Assembly (NCBI GenBank): GCA_046290465.1
Contig: JBKAGP010000001.1
Span: forward strand, 3,296,001 to 3,360,000
Direction: 5' to 3'
Source of the DNA: Planctomycetota bacterium
GTDB taxonomy: Bacteria > Planctomycetota > UBA1135 > UBA2386
DNA: 64,000 bases
The notes under the pieces are model-generated. The model saw nothing but the letters and a program-made list of their open reading frames with translations. It ran no database searches and was not told where the DNA came from. Position numbers and translations under genes: made by a program. This document shows positions 53,010 through 64,000 of the stretch, piece by piece (position 1 is the first letter of the stretch; each line of letters opens with the position of its first letter).

Positions 53010-54394
53010 TGCGCCCGCTGCTGGCGCTGTGTGCGCTGACGTTGGCCGTCGCCCCGACCGCCGCGCAGCGCCCGAACGTCATCCTGGTGATGGCCGACGA
53101 CCTCGGCTGGGGCGACCTCTCCGTGCAGGGCCACCCGGACCTGCACACGCCGCACCTCGATCGCATGGCCGCCGACGGCGTGCGGTTCACGCGCTTCCAC
53201 GCCGCGGCGCCGGTGTGCTCACCGACGCGCGCCTCGTGCCTGACCGGTCGCCACCCGTATCGCGCCGACATCCCTGGCGCTAACAGCGGCCACCTGCGCG
53301 AGGACGAACGCACGCTGCAGACGCTGCTGCGGGACGCGGGCTATCGCACCGGCCACTTCGGCAAGTGGCACCTCGGCACGCTGACCAGGACCGTGGTCGA
53401 GTCGAACCGCGGTGGTCCGCGCGGCATCGCGCACTTCGCGCCGCCGTGGCAGCGAGGCTTCGACACGTGCTTCTCGACCGAGGCCAAGGTGCCGACGTTC
53501 GATCCGATGAAGCACCCCGGCACCGGCAAGCCCTACGGAACGCACTACTGGGACGAGACCGGTGCGATGGTGCGCAACGGACTCGACGGGGACGACTCGC
53601 GCGTGATCATGGACCGCGCCGTGCCGTTCGTGCGCCGCTGCGCCGCAGCGGAGCAGCCGTTCTTGTGCGTGATCTGGTTCCACGCGCCACACCTGCCGTG
53701 TGTCGCGAGTCCCGCCGATCGCGCCCGCTACGCAACATTCGACGTGGCGACGCAACACTACTACGGCTGCATCACGGCGCTCGATCGCCAGGTCGGTCGG
53801 CTGCGGCAGGCGCTCGTCGAAGCGGGCATCGCCGACGACACGCTGCTCTGGTTCTGTTCGGACAACGGCCCCGAGGGCAAGGCCGGCAAGGCACCGGGCT
53901 CGGCGGCCGACCTGCGTGGCCGCAAGCGCAGCCTCTACGAGGGCGGCACGCGCGTGCCCGGGATCGCGGTCTGGCCCGGCCACCTGCAGGCCGGCGCGGT
54001 CGTCGACACGCTGGCGTGCACCAGCGACTACCTGCCGACGATCGCCGGCTGGCTGCAGCTGCCGCTCGACCATGCTCGCACGCTGGACGGGATCGACCTC
54101 GGCCCGGCGCTCGCCGCCGCCGCGCGCGGCGAGAGCGCACCGCGCGGCCGGCCGATCGGGTTCGAGTCGGCGCGCATGGCGACGTGGACGGACGACCGCT
54201 TCAAGCTGGTCGCGCACCTTGCACGCCGCGGCAAGGACCGCCGGCAGCCGCCCGGGATCCAGCGCGTCGAGCTGTTCGACCTGCGCGACGACCCCGCGGA
54301 GCGGACCGACGTCGCCGAACGCCACGCCGACCGCGTCGCGGAGATGCGCACGCAGCTGCAGGAATGGCGGGCCGCGATCCGACAGCGGCCTTGA
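53009..54394 (+). CDS. Sulfatase (formylglycine-dependent)
   Basis: PNVILVMADDLGWGD, CSPTRASCLTGR, GKWHLG, SDNG, YEGGTRVP; TGATG overlap with the upstream gene. Confidence 0.93.
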   Translation: MRPLLALCALTLAVAPTAAQRPNVILVMADDLGWGDLSVQGHPDLHTPHLDRMAADGVRFTRFHAAAPVCSPTRASCLTGRHPYRADIPGANSGHLREDERTLQTLLRDAGYRTGHFGKWHLGTLTRTVVESNRGGPRGIAHFAPPWQRGFDTCFSTEAKVPTFDPMKHPGTGKPYGTHYWDETGAMVRNGLDGDDSRVIMDRAVPFVRRCAAAEQPFLCVIWFHAPHLPCVASPADRARYATFDVATQHYYGCITALDRQVGRLRQALVEAGIADDTLLWFCSDNGPEGKAGKAPGSAADLRGRKRSLYEGGTRVPGIAVWPGHLQAGAVVDTLACTSDYLPTIAGWLQLPLDHARTLDGIDLGPALAAAARGESAPRGRPIGFESARMATWTDDRFKLVAHLARRGKDRRQPPGIQRVELFDLRDDPAERTDVAERHADRVAEMRTQLQEWRAAIRQRP

Positions 54395-54426
54395 TTGCGT
54401 CGCACGAGGTGCTACTCCGGGACCCC

Positions 54427-54777
54427 ATGCCGAAGAAGATCGACTGGTACTATCACCGCAAGGGTTGAACGAGCTGCAAGCGCTCCGACGCCTTCCTCGA
54501 GGAAGCCGGAGCCACCGTCCGTGAGACGGTCAACGCCAGCAAGGAACGGTTCGGCCCGGACGACATCGGCGCGCTGTTCGAGGGCGCCAGCAAGATCGTC
54601 GTCGCCAAGGGCAAGAAGGTGCTGACGTTCAAGCCGGGCAGCGACGACTTCGACGAGGACGAGCTGCGCAAGGTCGCGATCGGTCCGTCGGGGAACCTGC
54701 GCGCACCGACCCTGCGCACCGGCAAGACCTGGCACGTCGGCTTCAGCGACGACGCGTTCGCGGTCTCGTTCGCTTGA
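54427..54777 (+). CDS. ArsC/Spx-like thioredoxin-fold putative selenoprotein (UxxC; in-frame TGA at 54466-54468)
   Basis: MPKKIDWYYHRKG-U-TSCKRSDAFL...GPSGNLRAPTLRTGKTWHVGF; 116 aa with readthrough; hairpin downstream of TGA. Confidence 0.85.
54482..54512 (+). promoter_or_regulatory. Candidate bacterial SECIS hairpin
   Basis: GCTCCG...CTTCC-TCGA-GGAAG.CGGAGC starting 13 nt after the TGA. Confidence 0.5.
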
Positions 54778-54832
54778 GGCGCGGCCCTGGAGGAACGGGC
54801 GCGCGACTCCCGCCGCGCCCGGCGTCCCTAAC

Positions 54833-54909
54833 GGGCAAAGCCCCGTCCGCACGCGTACACGCCGCTTCCGCGATCACGGTTGGCAGCGCGTCCACTACAT
54901 GGACGCGCT
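54833..54909. repeat. 77-bp dispersed repeat, copy 2
   Basis: 75/77 identical to 38484-38560. Confidence 0.92.
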
Positions 54910-54910
54910 C

Positions 54911-55699
54911 TTAGCGCAGCCCCATGCCGATCGACAGCTTGACCGGCAGCTTGACCGTCTCCATCTTGGCGTAGGACGTGATCCGCACCGTCACTTCGCC
55001 GAGCTTCTTGGGCAGGCCGAAGCTCTTCGTGTAGGTCTTCTTGCCGCCGAAGCCGAACGAGCCCTCGCCCATCGGCTGGACCTCGATCTCGTCGCCCTTC
55101 GCGTCGACGAACACGACCGACTTGATCGCGTCCATCCGCTGCTCGCTGGACAGCTGCACGTTCAGCGCGCTGCCGCCGAAGCTCGACTTCTCGACGCTGC
55201 CGAGCGTCATCGGCACCGGACCGCAGGTGACCTTGGCGCCCTTCTCGAGCTTGACCTTCTGCTCGTTGGTGACGCTGCCGGACGCCGAGATCAACGCGAC
55301 CTCGGCCTCCAGCTCGAGCCTGCCGGCGCCCGCCGCGGGCAGCGTGTTGGTCTTGACGTCGAGCAGGCAGGTATCGGTCGGTTCGTCGCGGAACGCGTTG
55401 CTCAGCGAGATCCAGCTGAAGAAGCCGGTCGGAGCACCCTTCGCAAGGTCGGTGCCCTGGTCGTCGACCAGCCGCACCAGCCGGCTCTTGTCGCCGTCGA
55501 CCGCGAGGATCGGCTTGCCGGGGACCCGCGCCGCGAGCTGCAGTTCGACGCCCGGCTCGCCGAACATCTTGACGCCGTCGATCGTCGGCTTGGCCCGCAC
55601 GGTCAGCTGCACGGCTTCGACCGTCGTCGAGGACGTCTGCGCGACGCCGACCTGCGCGAGGAACAGCGCGATCCCCGCGCCCACGATGGTGCATCTCAT
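54911..55699 (-). CDS. Secreted hypothetical protein
   Basis: Signal peptide ending VGVAQ; beta-rich; strong codon bias. Confidence 0.75.
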   Translation of the reverse strand: MRCTIVGAGIALFLAQVGVAQTSSTTVEAVQLTVRAKPTIDGVKMFGEPGVELQLAARVPGKPILAVDGDKSRLVRLVDDQGTDLAKGAPTGFFSWISLSNAFRDEPTDTCLLDVKTNTLPAAGAGRLELEAEVALISASGSVTNEQKVKLEKGAKVTCGPVPMTLGSVEKSSFGGSALNVQLSSEQRMDAIKSVVFVDAKGDEIEVQPMGEGSFGFGGKKTYTKSFGLPKKLGEVTVRITSYAKMETVKLPVKLSIGMGLR

Positions 55700-55724
55700 C
55701 GCCGGATCGTAGCCTGTCGCCGTC

Positions 55725-56486
55725 ATGCACAGAACGCTCCGACCGCTCTCGCTCGTCGCCGTGCTCGGCGCGGCGCTCTCCCCGCTGTGGCTGCAAGGCA
55801 CCCCGCTGCAGAAGGCCTACGTCGACGGCGCCGGCTGGCGGCAACTGACGCTCGCGGACTTCGTCAACGTCAACGGCAACGCCGATACCTGGTCGGAAGC
55901 GGACGGCGTGATCACGTGCTCGGGCAAGCCCAACGGCGGCGCCCGCACCAAGACGCAGTTCACCAACTTCGAGATGGTTGCGGAGTGGAAGCACCACCAG
56001 TACGCCGGCAACTCGGGCATCTTCCTGTGGTGCCCCGAGTCGGCGTTCACCGACCTGCCCAAGGGAACGCTGCCGCGGCAGGGCATCGAGGTGCAGGTGC
56101 TCGACCTCGGCTACGAGGAGAACTGGCTGAAGAACAAGAAGAAGCGCTCGGACTGGTTCACCAGCCACGGCGACGTGTTTCCGGTCGGCGGTTCGAAGAT
56201 GACCGCGTTCACGCCCGAGATCACCTACCAGGACGAGCACGGCAAGCCGTTCACGGTCGGCAACCCGAAGAGCACGCGCAGCTTTCCGACGATGCGGCTG
56301 ACGAAGCCCGCGGGCGAGTGGAACCACTACTACATCCGCGCGATCAACGGCGAGGTGCGCCTGTGGGTCAACGGCCGGGAGGTCACCGGCGGCAAGGACT
56401 GCTCACCGGCGACCGGCTACCTGGCGCTCGAGAGCGAGGGCGCGAAGGTCGAGTTCCGCAACCTGCGCATCCGCGAGCTGCCGTAG
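55725..56486 (+). CDS. DUF1080 (3-keto-disaccharide hydrolase-like) protein
   Basis: W...DGVITCSG, NFEMVAEWK, GNSGIF, IEVQVLD, GEWNHY, VNG, GYLALESEG..VEFRNL. Confidence 0.88.
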   Translation: MHRTLRPLSLVAVLGAALSPLWLQGTPLQKAYVDGAGWRQLTLADFVNVNGNADTWSEADGVITCSGKPNGGARTKTQFTNFEMVAEWKHHQYAGNSGIFLWCPESAFTDLPKGTLPRQGIEVQVLDLGYEENWLKNKKKRSDWFTSHGDVFPVGGSKMTAFTPEITYQDEHGKPFTVGNPKSTRSFPTMRLTKPAGEWNHYYIRAINGEVRLWVNGREVTGGKDCSPATGYLALESEGAKVEFRNLRIRELP

Positions 56487-56487
56487 C

Positions 56488-57813
56488 TCAGCCCTGTCCG
56501 GGCTCGCCGGCCGAGCACGCCGACGGCGCTCCCGCCGAGCACGCCGAGGCCGGCCCGCCAGCGGCCTCCGGAGCCGCGCGGTTCCACGGCGCCTTGGCGA
56601 GCAGCAGGCCCATGCCGCACCAGTCGGTGATGCCGGCGAACGTCAGGCCGGCGCCGACGAACGCGCTGAGCCCGAAGAAGCCCCGGTGCACGAAGAAGCC
56701 GAGCAGCACGCCGGTCAGGACCAGCAGGCCCGCGGCGATGCGCACCTGGCGCTCGAGCGACATCACGGCCTTGCCCTTCCTGGTCTCGCCGCCCGCGGAC
56801 CGGAACGCCTCGATGCCGCCCTCGATCACGGTCAGGCCGCGCACGTGGTTCTTCTGCAGCAGCTGCCGCGCCATCTCGGCGCGCGCGCCGCTGCGGCACA
56901 TCAGCAGCCGCGGCGCCGGCGTCGCGCGGATCTCGTCGAGACGCTGCTGCAGCTGATCCATCGGCACCAACCGCGAGCCCGCGACGCTCTCGCCGGCGAA
57001 CTCGACGCCGGTGCGCACGTCGATCACGCTGGTCGCGGCGCCGTTGCGCACCAGCGCGGCGGCCTCGACCGCCGGGATCGAGTCGGGGATGTCGACCCCT
57101 TCGCGGTTGAGCCGCAGCAGGTCGTCCATGTTGGCGGGTCGCGGCGGCTTGTTGGCGGTCAGCTCCCGTACGAACGTGTCGCGATCGGTCATGCGCAGCC
57201 ACGGGTTGTCGCGACGTTCGTCGCCGAGCGTCGACTGCATGCGGCCAGCGTAGTCGTGTCCAGGGAACACCAACGTCTCGTCCGGCAGCTCGTCGAAGAC
57301 GCGGCGCAGTGAGTCGAACAGCTGACCGGCGTCGCCGCCGAGGAAGTCGGTGCGGGCGACCGCGCCGATCAGCAGCGTGTCGCCGGAGAACACCGCGGCG
57401 TCGGTGCGCAGCACGATGTGGTCGGGCGTGTGCCCGGGCGCGTGCAGCACGATGACCGGCACGTCCCCCAGGTGCAGCGCATCGCCGTCCGCGGGATGCC
57501 GGCTGACGCCGACGTGGCCGGACTTCTCGTGGGCGATGCGGGTGCTGCCGAGCCGTTCGGCGATCGCGGCCGAACCCGACGGGTGGTCGGCGTGGGTGTG
57601 GCTGTCGACGACGTAGGGCAGCGTCCAACCGCGCTCCGCAACCCTGGCGGCGACGTCCTCGACCAGGTCGAGGTGGACGTCCAATGCCAACGCCTGCTTG
57701 CTGACCGGATCCGCCAGCAGGTAGGCCCGGCAGCCTTGCGGGTGGGCGACGGCGAGGACGGTGAGCTTGCCGACGGTGCGGTCGGCAGACGGATCGGCTT
57801 GCAGAGAGGTCAT
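56488..57813 (-). CDS. Persulfide dioxygenase-like MBL + rhodanese + DUF2892 fusion
   Basis: SHTHADHPSG, PGHTPD, SGDTLLIG..ARTDF, PGHDY; DVRT..EF and CRSGAR; ERQVRIAAG...GITDWCGM..LLAKAPWN. Confidence 0.88.
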   Translation of the reverse strand: MTSLQADPSADRTVGKLTVLAVAHPQGCRAYLLADPVSKQALALDVHLDLVEDVAARVAERGWTLPYVVDSHTHADHPSGSAAIAERLGSTRIAHEKSGHVGVSRHPADGDALHLGDVPVIVLHAPGHTPDHIVLRTDAAVFSGDTLLIGAVARTDFLGGDAGQLFDSLRRVFDELPDETLVFPGHDYAGRMQSTLGDERRDNPWLRMTDRDTFVRELTANKPPRPANMDDLLRLNREGVDIPDSIPAVEAAALVRNGAATSVIDVRTGVEFAGESVAGSRLVPMDQLQQRLDEIRATPAPRLLMCRSGARAEMARQLLQKNHVRGLTVIEGGIEAFRSAGGETRKGKAVMSLERQVRIAAGLLVLTGVLLGFFVHRGFFGLSAFVGAGLTFAGITDWCGMGLLLAKAPWNRAAPEAAGGPASACSAGAPSACSAGEPGQG

Positions 57814-57848
57814 GGCGTTGGTTCGGGTGGCGTCTACGACCGCCATCC

Positions 57849-57880
57849 TTGAAAGTATGATCGTTCGCTCATATTTTCAA
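57849..57880. promoter_or_regulatory. 12-8-12 inverted repeat, probable ArsR-family operator
   Basis: TTGAAAGTATGA-N8-TCATATTTTCAA (11/12), AT-rich, between divergent MBL-rhodanese and ArsR genes. Confidence 0.8.
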
Positions 57881-57886
57881 ACGCAG

Positions 57887-58240
57887 ATGCCCACCGCCCG
57901 AAGACCTCGCCGGCATGCGCCGCTGTCCGAAGCCCAGCTCGACGCGGTGGCACGGCGGTTCCGGGCCCTCTCGGTGCCCAGCCGCCTGCGCGTGCTCGAC
58001 GCGCTGATGAACGGTCCGCTGTCGATGGCCGAGCTCGCCGACGCGACCGGCTTGCAGCAGTCCAACCTGTCGCGCCAGGTCACCGAACTCGAGCAGGCCG
58101 GCTGCGTCGTTCGCGAACGCGACGGCCGCGAGGTGCACGTGCACATCGCCGACCCGACCCTTCGCCAGCTGTGCGAGCTGGTCTGCGGTTCGCTCGCGCG
58201 ACAGGCCACGACCAACCACCAGGCCCTCAGGCGGCGGTAG
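57887..58240 (+). CDS. ArsR/SmtB-family transcriptional regulator
   Basis: FRALSVPSRLRVL, SMAELA, QSNLSRQV..LEQAG.V..ERDGR, C-terminal LCELVC. Confidence 0.9.
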   Translation: MPTARRPRRHAPLSEAQLDAVARRFRALSVPSRLRVLDALMNGPLSMAELADATGLQQSNLSRQVTELEQAGCVVRERDGREVHVHIADPTLRQLCELVCGSLARQATTNHQALRRR

Positions 58241-58288
58241 GTTCGGCGAAAGTTGGAGGATGAACCAGGTACCGTACGGCAACTCTGG

Positions 58289-58813
58289 TCAGGGGCGGCG
58301 GGGTAGGTTCATGATCTTGCGGTAGCGTGCCTGTACGGACTTGGCAGGATCCTCGGCGGCGGCTTCGAGCACCTCTCGTGCGGCGGGCTCGGCTGCACCG
58401 AAGCGCTGCGCGAGCTCGTAGAGCGCGTCCATCGCCCACGCCCGCAAGAACGGCAGCTCGCCCGCGTAGCAGCGCCGCAAGAAGGCGCAACTGGCCTCGA
58501 CCTGCGCCGTCGACAGCTTCAGGCCGGGCAGGCAGCGCGCGACGTGCAGCATCACCCACTTGTCCTGCATCGCGGGCAGCCGCTGCACGAGCGCCTCGAC
58601 CTGCTTGTCGGCGCACGTCGCCCCTCGGCCGAGCCACGTCCACAGCAACCACGTCGCACCCTGGGCGATGGTCACGTCCTCGTGAACGGACAGCGTGACG
58701 GCCTGGCGCAGCATGGCGGCCTTCGGTTCGCAGGCCGCCGCGATTTCCTTGAGCACGTCTGCGTGCCTGCCGTCGTAGGCCGCCAGCTCCTCCAACAGCG
58801 AGACCCGCCCCAT
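58289..58813 (-). CDS. Hypothetical HEAT/ARM-like helical protein
   Basis: All-helical, [26 protein letters not shown]; just downstream of the UxC gene. Confidence 0.7.
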   Translation of the reverse strand: MGRVSLLEELAAYDGRHADVLKEIAAACEPKAAMLRQAVTLSVHEDVTIAQGATWLLWTWLGRGATCADKQVEALVQRLPAMQDKWVMLHVARCLPGLKLSTAQVEASCAFLRRCYAGELPFLRAWAMDALYELAQRFGAAEPAAREVLEAAAEDPAKSVQARYRKIMNLPRRP

Positions 58814-58826
58814 CACCGCTTTGCCA

Positions 58827-60464
58827 TCAGCCTCTGGTCGGGTCGAGCATCCAGTAGAAGCCCGCCGAGTCGACGAACACGAGGCGGTCGCGATACCGCT
58901 CGTACCACGTGGCCCACGTCGTAGCCTTCCGGTCGGGGTAGATGTCCGGATGCACGTAGCGCCGCAGGCAGCGGCGGGCGCGCGCCCGATCCTCCTCGGA
59001 GCCCTCGAGGGTGTCGTCGAACCTCATCCACTTCTCCAGGCTCGCGCGTGCGTTGTTCGGCGTGCCCAGCTCCATCGCGTCGACGTCGACCTCGAACACC
59101 GTCTTGTAGCGGCCGCTCTGGTGCCGCTCGCCGCGACCGCTGAACACGAACGGCTGGTACTTCGCCACCCACCGCTCGGCACCTTCGAAGCTCGGCGTGT
59201 AGGTCTTGCGCCACTCCTCCGTCAGCTGGTTGGGGAAGTGCTCTTCGACGCCGCGCTGGTAGCCCTTGTCCTTGCCGAGCACGGTGTAGACCCACAGGAT
59301 CTTGCGCGTCTTGCACACGAACGGCACCGTCGGCTCGCCCCGGCGACCGCGCATGTAGTGCAGCACGTTGGCGAGCGTGTCCTTGGCGCCATCGGTCATC
59401 TGCTGCGGATCCACCGAGTAGCCCCAGTAGAAGTAACGACCCTGGCGGGCGAGCGACAGGCTGCCGAGCATCTTGGCCGAGTTGCCTTCGGCGAGGTTCT
59501 CGAAGCCCGGCACGTCGGTGAAGAAGCCCTCATGGCTGACGAGCGTCGGGTTCCAGCCGGCCGGCTTTTCGTTCTCGAACCTGGCGAGCCGGTACTTCGC
59601 CGGCACGCCCTCGGGGTGCAGCGGCGAGGTCTCCCCCGCCGCATAGTGCGCCGGTCGATCGCGTTCGATCCACTCGAACGTGACGGGGTTCGGCTTCTGG
59701 AAGATCGCGTGTTGCAGGGCCAGCCCGTGGCCCAGGTGGTCCATGCAGATTCAGATGTAGCCCGACGTCATCGCGACGCCGTGCCGCTCGATCAGCTCGG
59801 TCCCGAAGAACCCGACCGCGACGATCGGCGTGTCGGTGCGCGGAAAGGCGCGAACGTGCTGCATGACCTTGGCGGTCTCGCGGAAGCGCTTCGAATCGCA
59901 CAGCACGACCTGGTGGCGGTCACACAGCGCGACGGTCACCTCGGGATAGGTCGTCACCGAGACGTCGAAGCCGCGCGCCGCCAGGAACCGCTCGAGCCGC
60001 GTCGAGCGATCGTCGCGCGCCCCCGAGACCAGCAGCACCGAGAACGCGCCCGGCCGTGCGGACAACTCGATCTGCTCGGGTGCGTGGCACTGCAGCTCGT
60101 CGCAGACCTGCAGCCAAAGGGTCGCGCGCAGCTCGCCACCGTCGCCCTTGGCGCGGATCGGCAGCCGCCAGACCGCGAAACCCTCGGCCTCGCCGTCGTC
60201 GCTCGCCGGCGGCACCAGCGGCCCGGTCGCCTCGAAGCCGCAGCCGGGGTCGAGCTCGACGCTGACCGGCCCGCCGCCGCCGACGTCCCGGGTGTAGGCG
60301 TGGTAGCCGTCGGCGATCGTCAGCTCGAGCCGAAGCTCGGTCGCGGTCGCGGCGCCGGCGACCTCGCAGTCCTGGGCGTGCGGCTCGGAGACCTTCAGCG
60401 GCACCTGTGCCAGCAGCGACGCGCCGGCGAACAGCAGCCACAACAGTGCGGGCAGGCGGAACAT
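58827..60464 (-). CDS. Exported DsbD-N-domain protein, putative selenoprotein (UxC; in-frame TGA at 59751-59753), 545 aa
   Basis: The 237-aa and 305-aa ORFs are in frame and joined by TGA-ATC-TGC (GYI-U-ICMDH); signal peptide; IADGYHAY...[11 protein letters not shown]. Confidence 0.75.
59715..59747 (-). promoter_or_regulatory. Candidate bacterial SECIS hairpin
   Basis: Minus strand TGCA...GGGCCA-CGGGC-TGGCCC-TGCA; loop starts 24 nt after the TGA with G at loop position 2. Confidence 0.55.
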
Positions 60465-60576
60465 GGCAGCGAACGATACCGCGGCGCCCGTTCGTGGCGG
60501 GAATGCGCCCGCGGATCTGCTAACGTGTTACGCCCGAAACCCACCCCAGAGCACCCGCGAGCCCGTTCCTGGCACC

Positions 60577-62799
<2,223 letters not shown>

Positions 62800-62812
62800 G
62801 CGCACCCCGCCC

Positions 62813-63976
62813 GTGCGCAGAGTTCCACAGGTCACGGCCGGCGTCGGCCTGGTCGCGCTGCTGGTCTTCACGATCCAGTCGGCGCGCAAGGCCCTGCGCG
62901 AGCAGGGCTGTGACCTGACCTGCTACCTCGACGCGGGCGCGCTGGCGCTGCGCGGCGAAACGCCGTACGACACCGCGGCCTACTTCGAGTACCTGTACTC
63001 GCCGTTCTTCGCACTCGCGATCAGCCCGCTGTCGCTGCTGCCGGTCGCGGTGGCCTCGGTGATCTGGAGCCTGCTTTCCGGCTGGGCGCTGTTCTTCACC
63101 GTGCGCACGGTGCGAGAACTCGCGGTCGCGCGCGGTCGCGCCTTCGACGGCCGCGACCTCGTCACGATCGCGCTGCTGGCGGCGATCGGCTTCCGCATCG
63201 TGCACGCCAACTTCGCCAACGGCCAGGTCAACCTGATCGTGCTCGGCCTGGCCGCCGCCTTCGTGCGGGCCGCGCTGCAGGGCAAGGACCGCACCGCCGC
63301 GGTCTGGCTGACGCTCGCGGTGCAGTTCAAGACGGTGCCGATCCTGCTGCTCGGCCTGCTGCTGGTCCGCGGCCGCTGGCGCGCGATCGCCTGGACCGCC
63401 GGCCTCGGCGCGATCACCAGCCTGCTGCCGTTCGTGGTATGGGGCAGCGACACCGTCGCGGTCTACCGGGACTGGTTCGCGATGATCGACTACAAGCTGC
63501 GCACCTACACGGTCGACATGGGCGCGTTCACGACCGACACCGAAGGCAACCGCGAGTACTTCACGGTGCGCGGCATGCTCGCCACGCTGTGGCCGGCGAC
63601 GTCGGCCAACCCGGTCGCCCGCCACGGCTGCATGGCGGCGGTGTTCGGCGCGACGCTGTGGCTCGACCGCAGGATGTGGACGCGCAAGCTGCCGCTGGCG
63701 ACCGTCGCAGCGTTCTGCCTGTGGCTGCTGGCGGCGCTGCTGACCTCGCCGATGTCGGAGAAGCACCACCTGGCGATGCTGCTGCCGGCCGCGGCGCTCG
63801 GCCTCTACGCGGCGATCGACGGCAGCCGGCGCCAGCGCATCGAGTCGTTCGCCTGGGCGGCGGTCGTGGCCACCGCGATGCTGCTGAGCAAGCCGTTCCC
63901 GCACGGCCCGTTCTTCTTCGTCGCCGTCGCGACGTCGTATGCGTGGGCGCTGCGCACCGCGGCTCAGCGCTTCTGA
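62813..63976 (+). CDS. GT87/DUF2029 membrane glycosyltransferase
   Basis: [39 protein letters not shown]; multi-TM. Confidence 0.8.
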   Translation: MRRVPQVTAGVGLVALLVFTIQSARKALREQGCDLTCYLDAGALALRGETPYDTAAYFEYLYSPFFALAISPLSLLPVAVASVIWSLLSGWALFFTVRTVRELAVARGRAFDGRDLVTIALLAAIGFRIVHANFANGQVNLIVLGLAAAFVRAALQGKDRTAAVWLTLAVQFKTVPILLLGLLLVRGRWRAIAWTAGLGAITSLLPFVVWGSDTVAVYRDWFAMIDYKLRTYTVDMGAFTTDTEGNREYFTVRGMLATLWPATSANPVARHGCMAAVFGATLWLDRRMWTRKLPLATVAAFCLWLLAALLTSPMSEKHHLAMLLPAAALGLYAAIDGSRRQRIESFAWAAVVATAMLLSKPFPHGPFFFVAVATSYAWALRTAAQRF

Positions 63977-64000
63977 ATCGTCAGCGTGTCGAACCGTCGG

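Noticed and set aside
54466..59753. Genome-wide UGA reassignment (code 4/25)
   Set aside because: Conserved genes such as icd, pdxH and manC end in TGA at expected positions and Trp is TGG; readthrough appears limited to Cys-motif sites

Overview
GC-rich bacterial window, probably an uncultured PVC/Planctomycetota lineage (16S signatures, short 5S rRNA, sulfatases, PVC-type heme protein, large Ser/Thr kinase). It holds a complete minus-strand 16S-23S-5S rRNA operon without spacer tRNAs and housekeeping genes (recD2, metF, queF, pdxH, monomeric icd). Cell-envelope genes are numerous: a GT2/LAB_N/ArnT/GT9 lipid A operon, UbiA, two GT87s, Ino1, an OlsF-like acyltransferase, fcl, manC, a nucleotide-sugar dehydrogenase, wzx, and broken GT4 and wzy genes. 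A sulfur/redox neighbourhood lies at 54-60 kb. The main result is two genes that the ORF track splits at an in-frame TGA located in a Cys-type redox motif and followed by a hairpin, i.e. likely selenoproteins: an ArsC-like UxxC protein (54427-54777) and a 545-aa exported DsbD-N-domain protein with UxC (58827-60464). Other observations are apparent leaderless transcription, a probable bidirectional promoter, a 77-bp hairpin repeat present twice, and frameshifts plus a head-to-head junction at 40-48 kb that may be assembly artefacts. No CRISPR, transposase or prophage was seen. Family assignments come from motif recognition by eye, not database searches.
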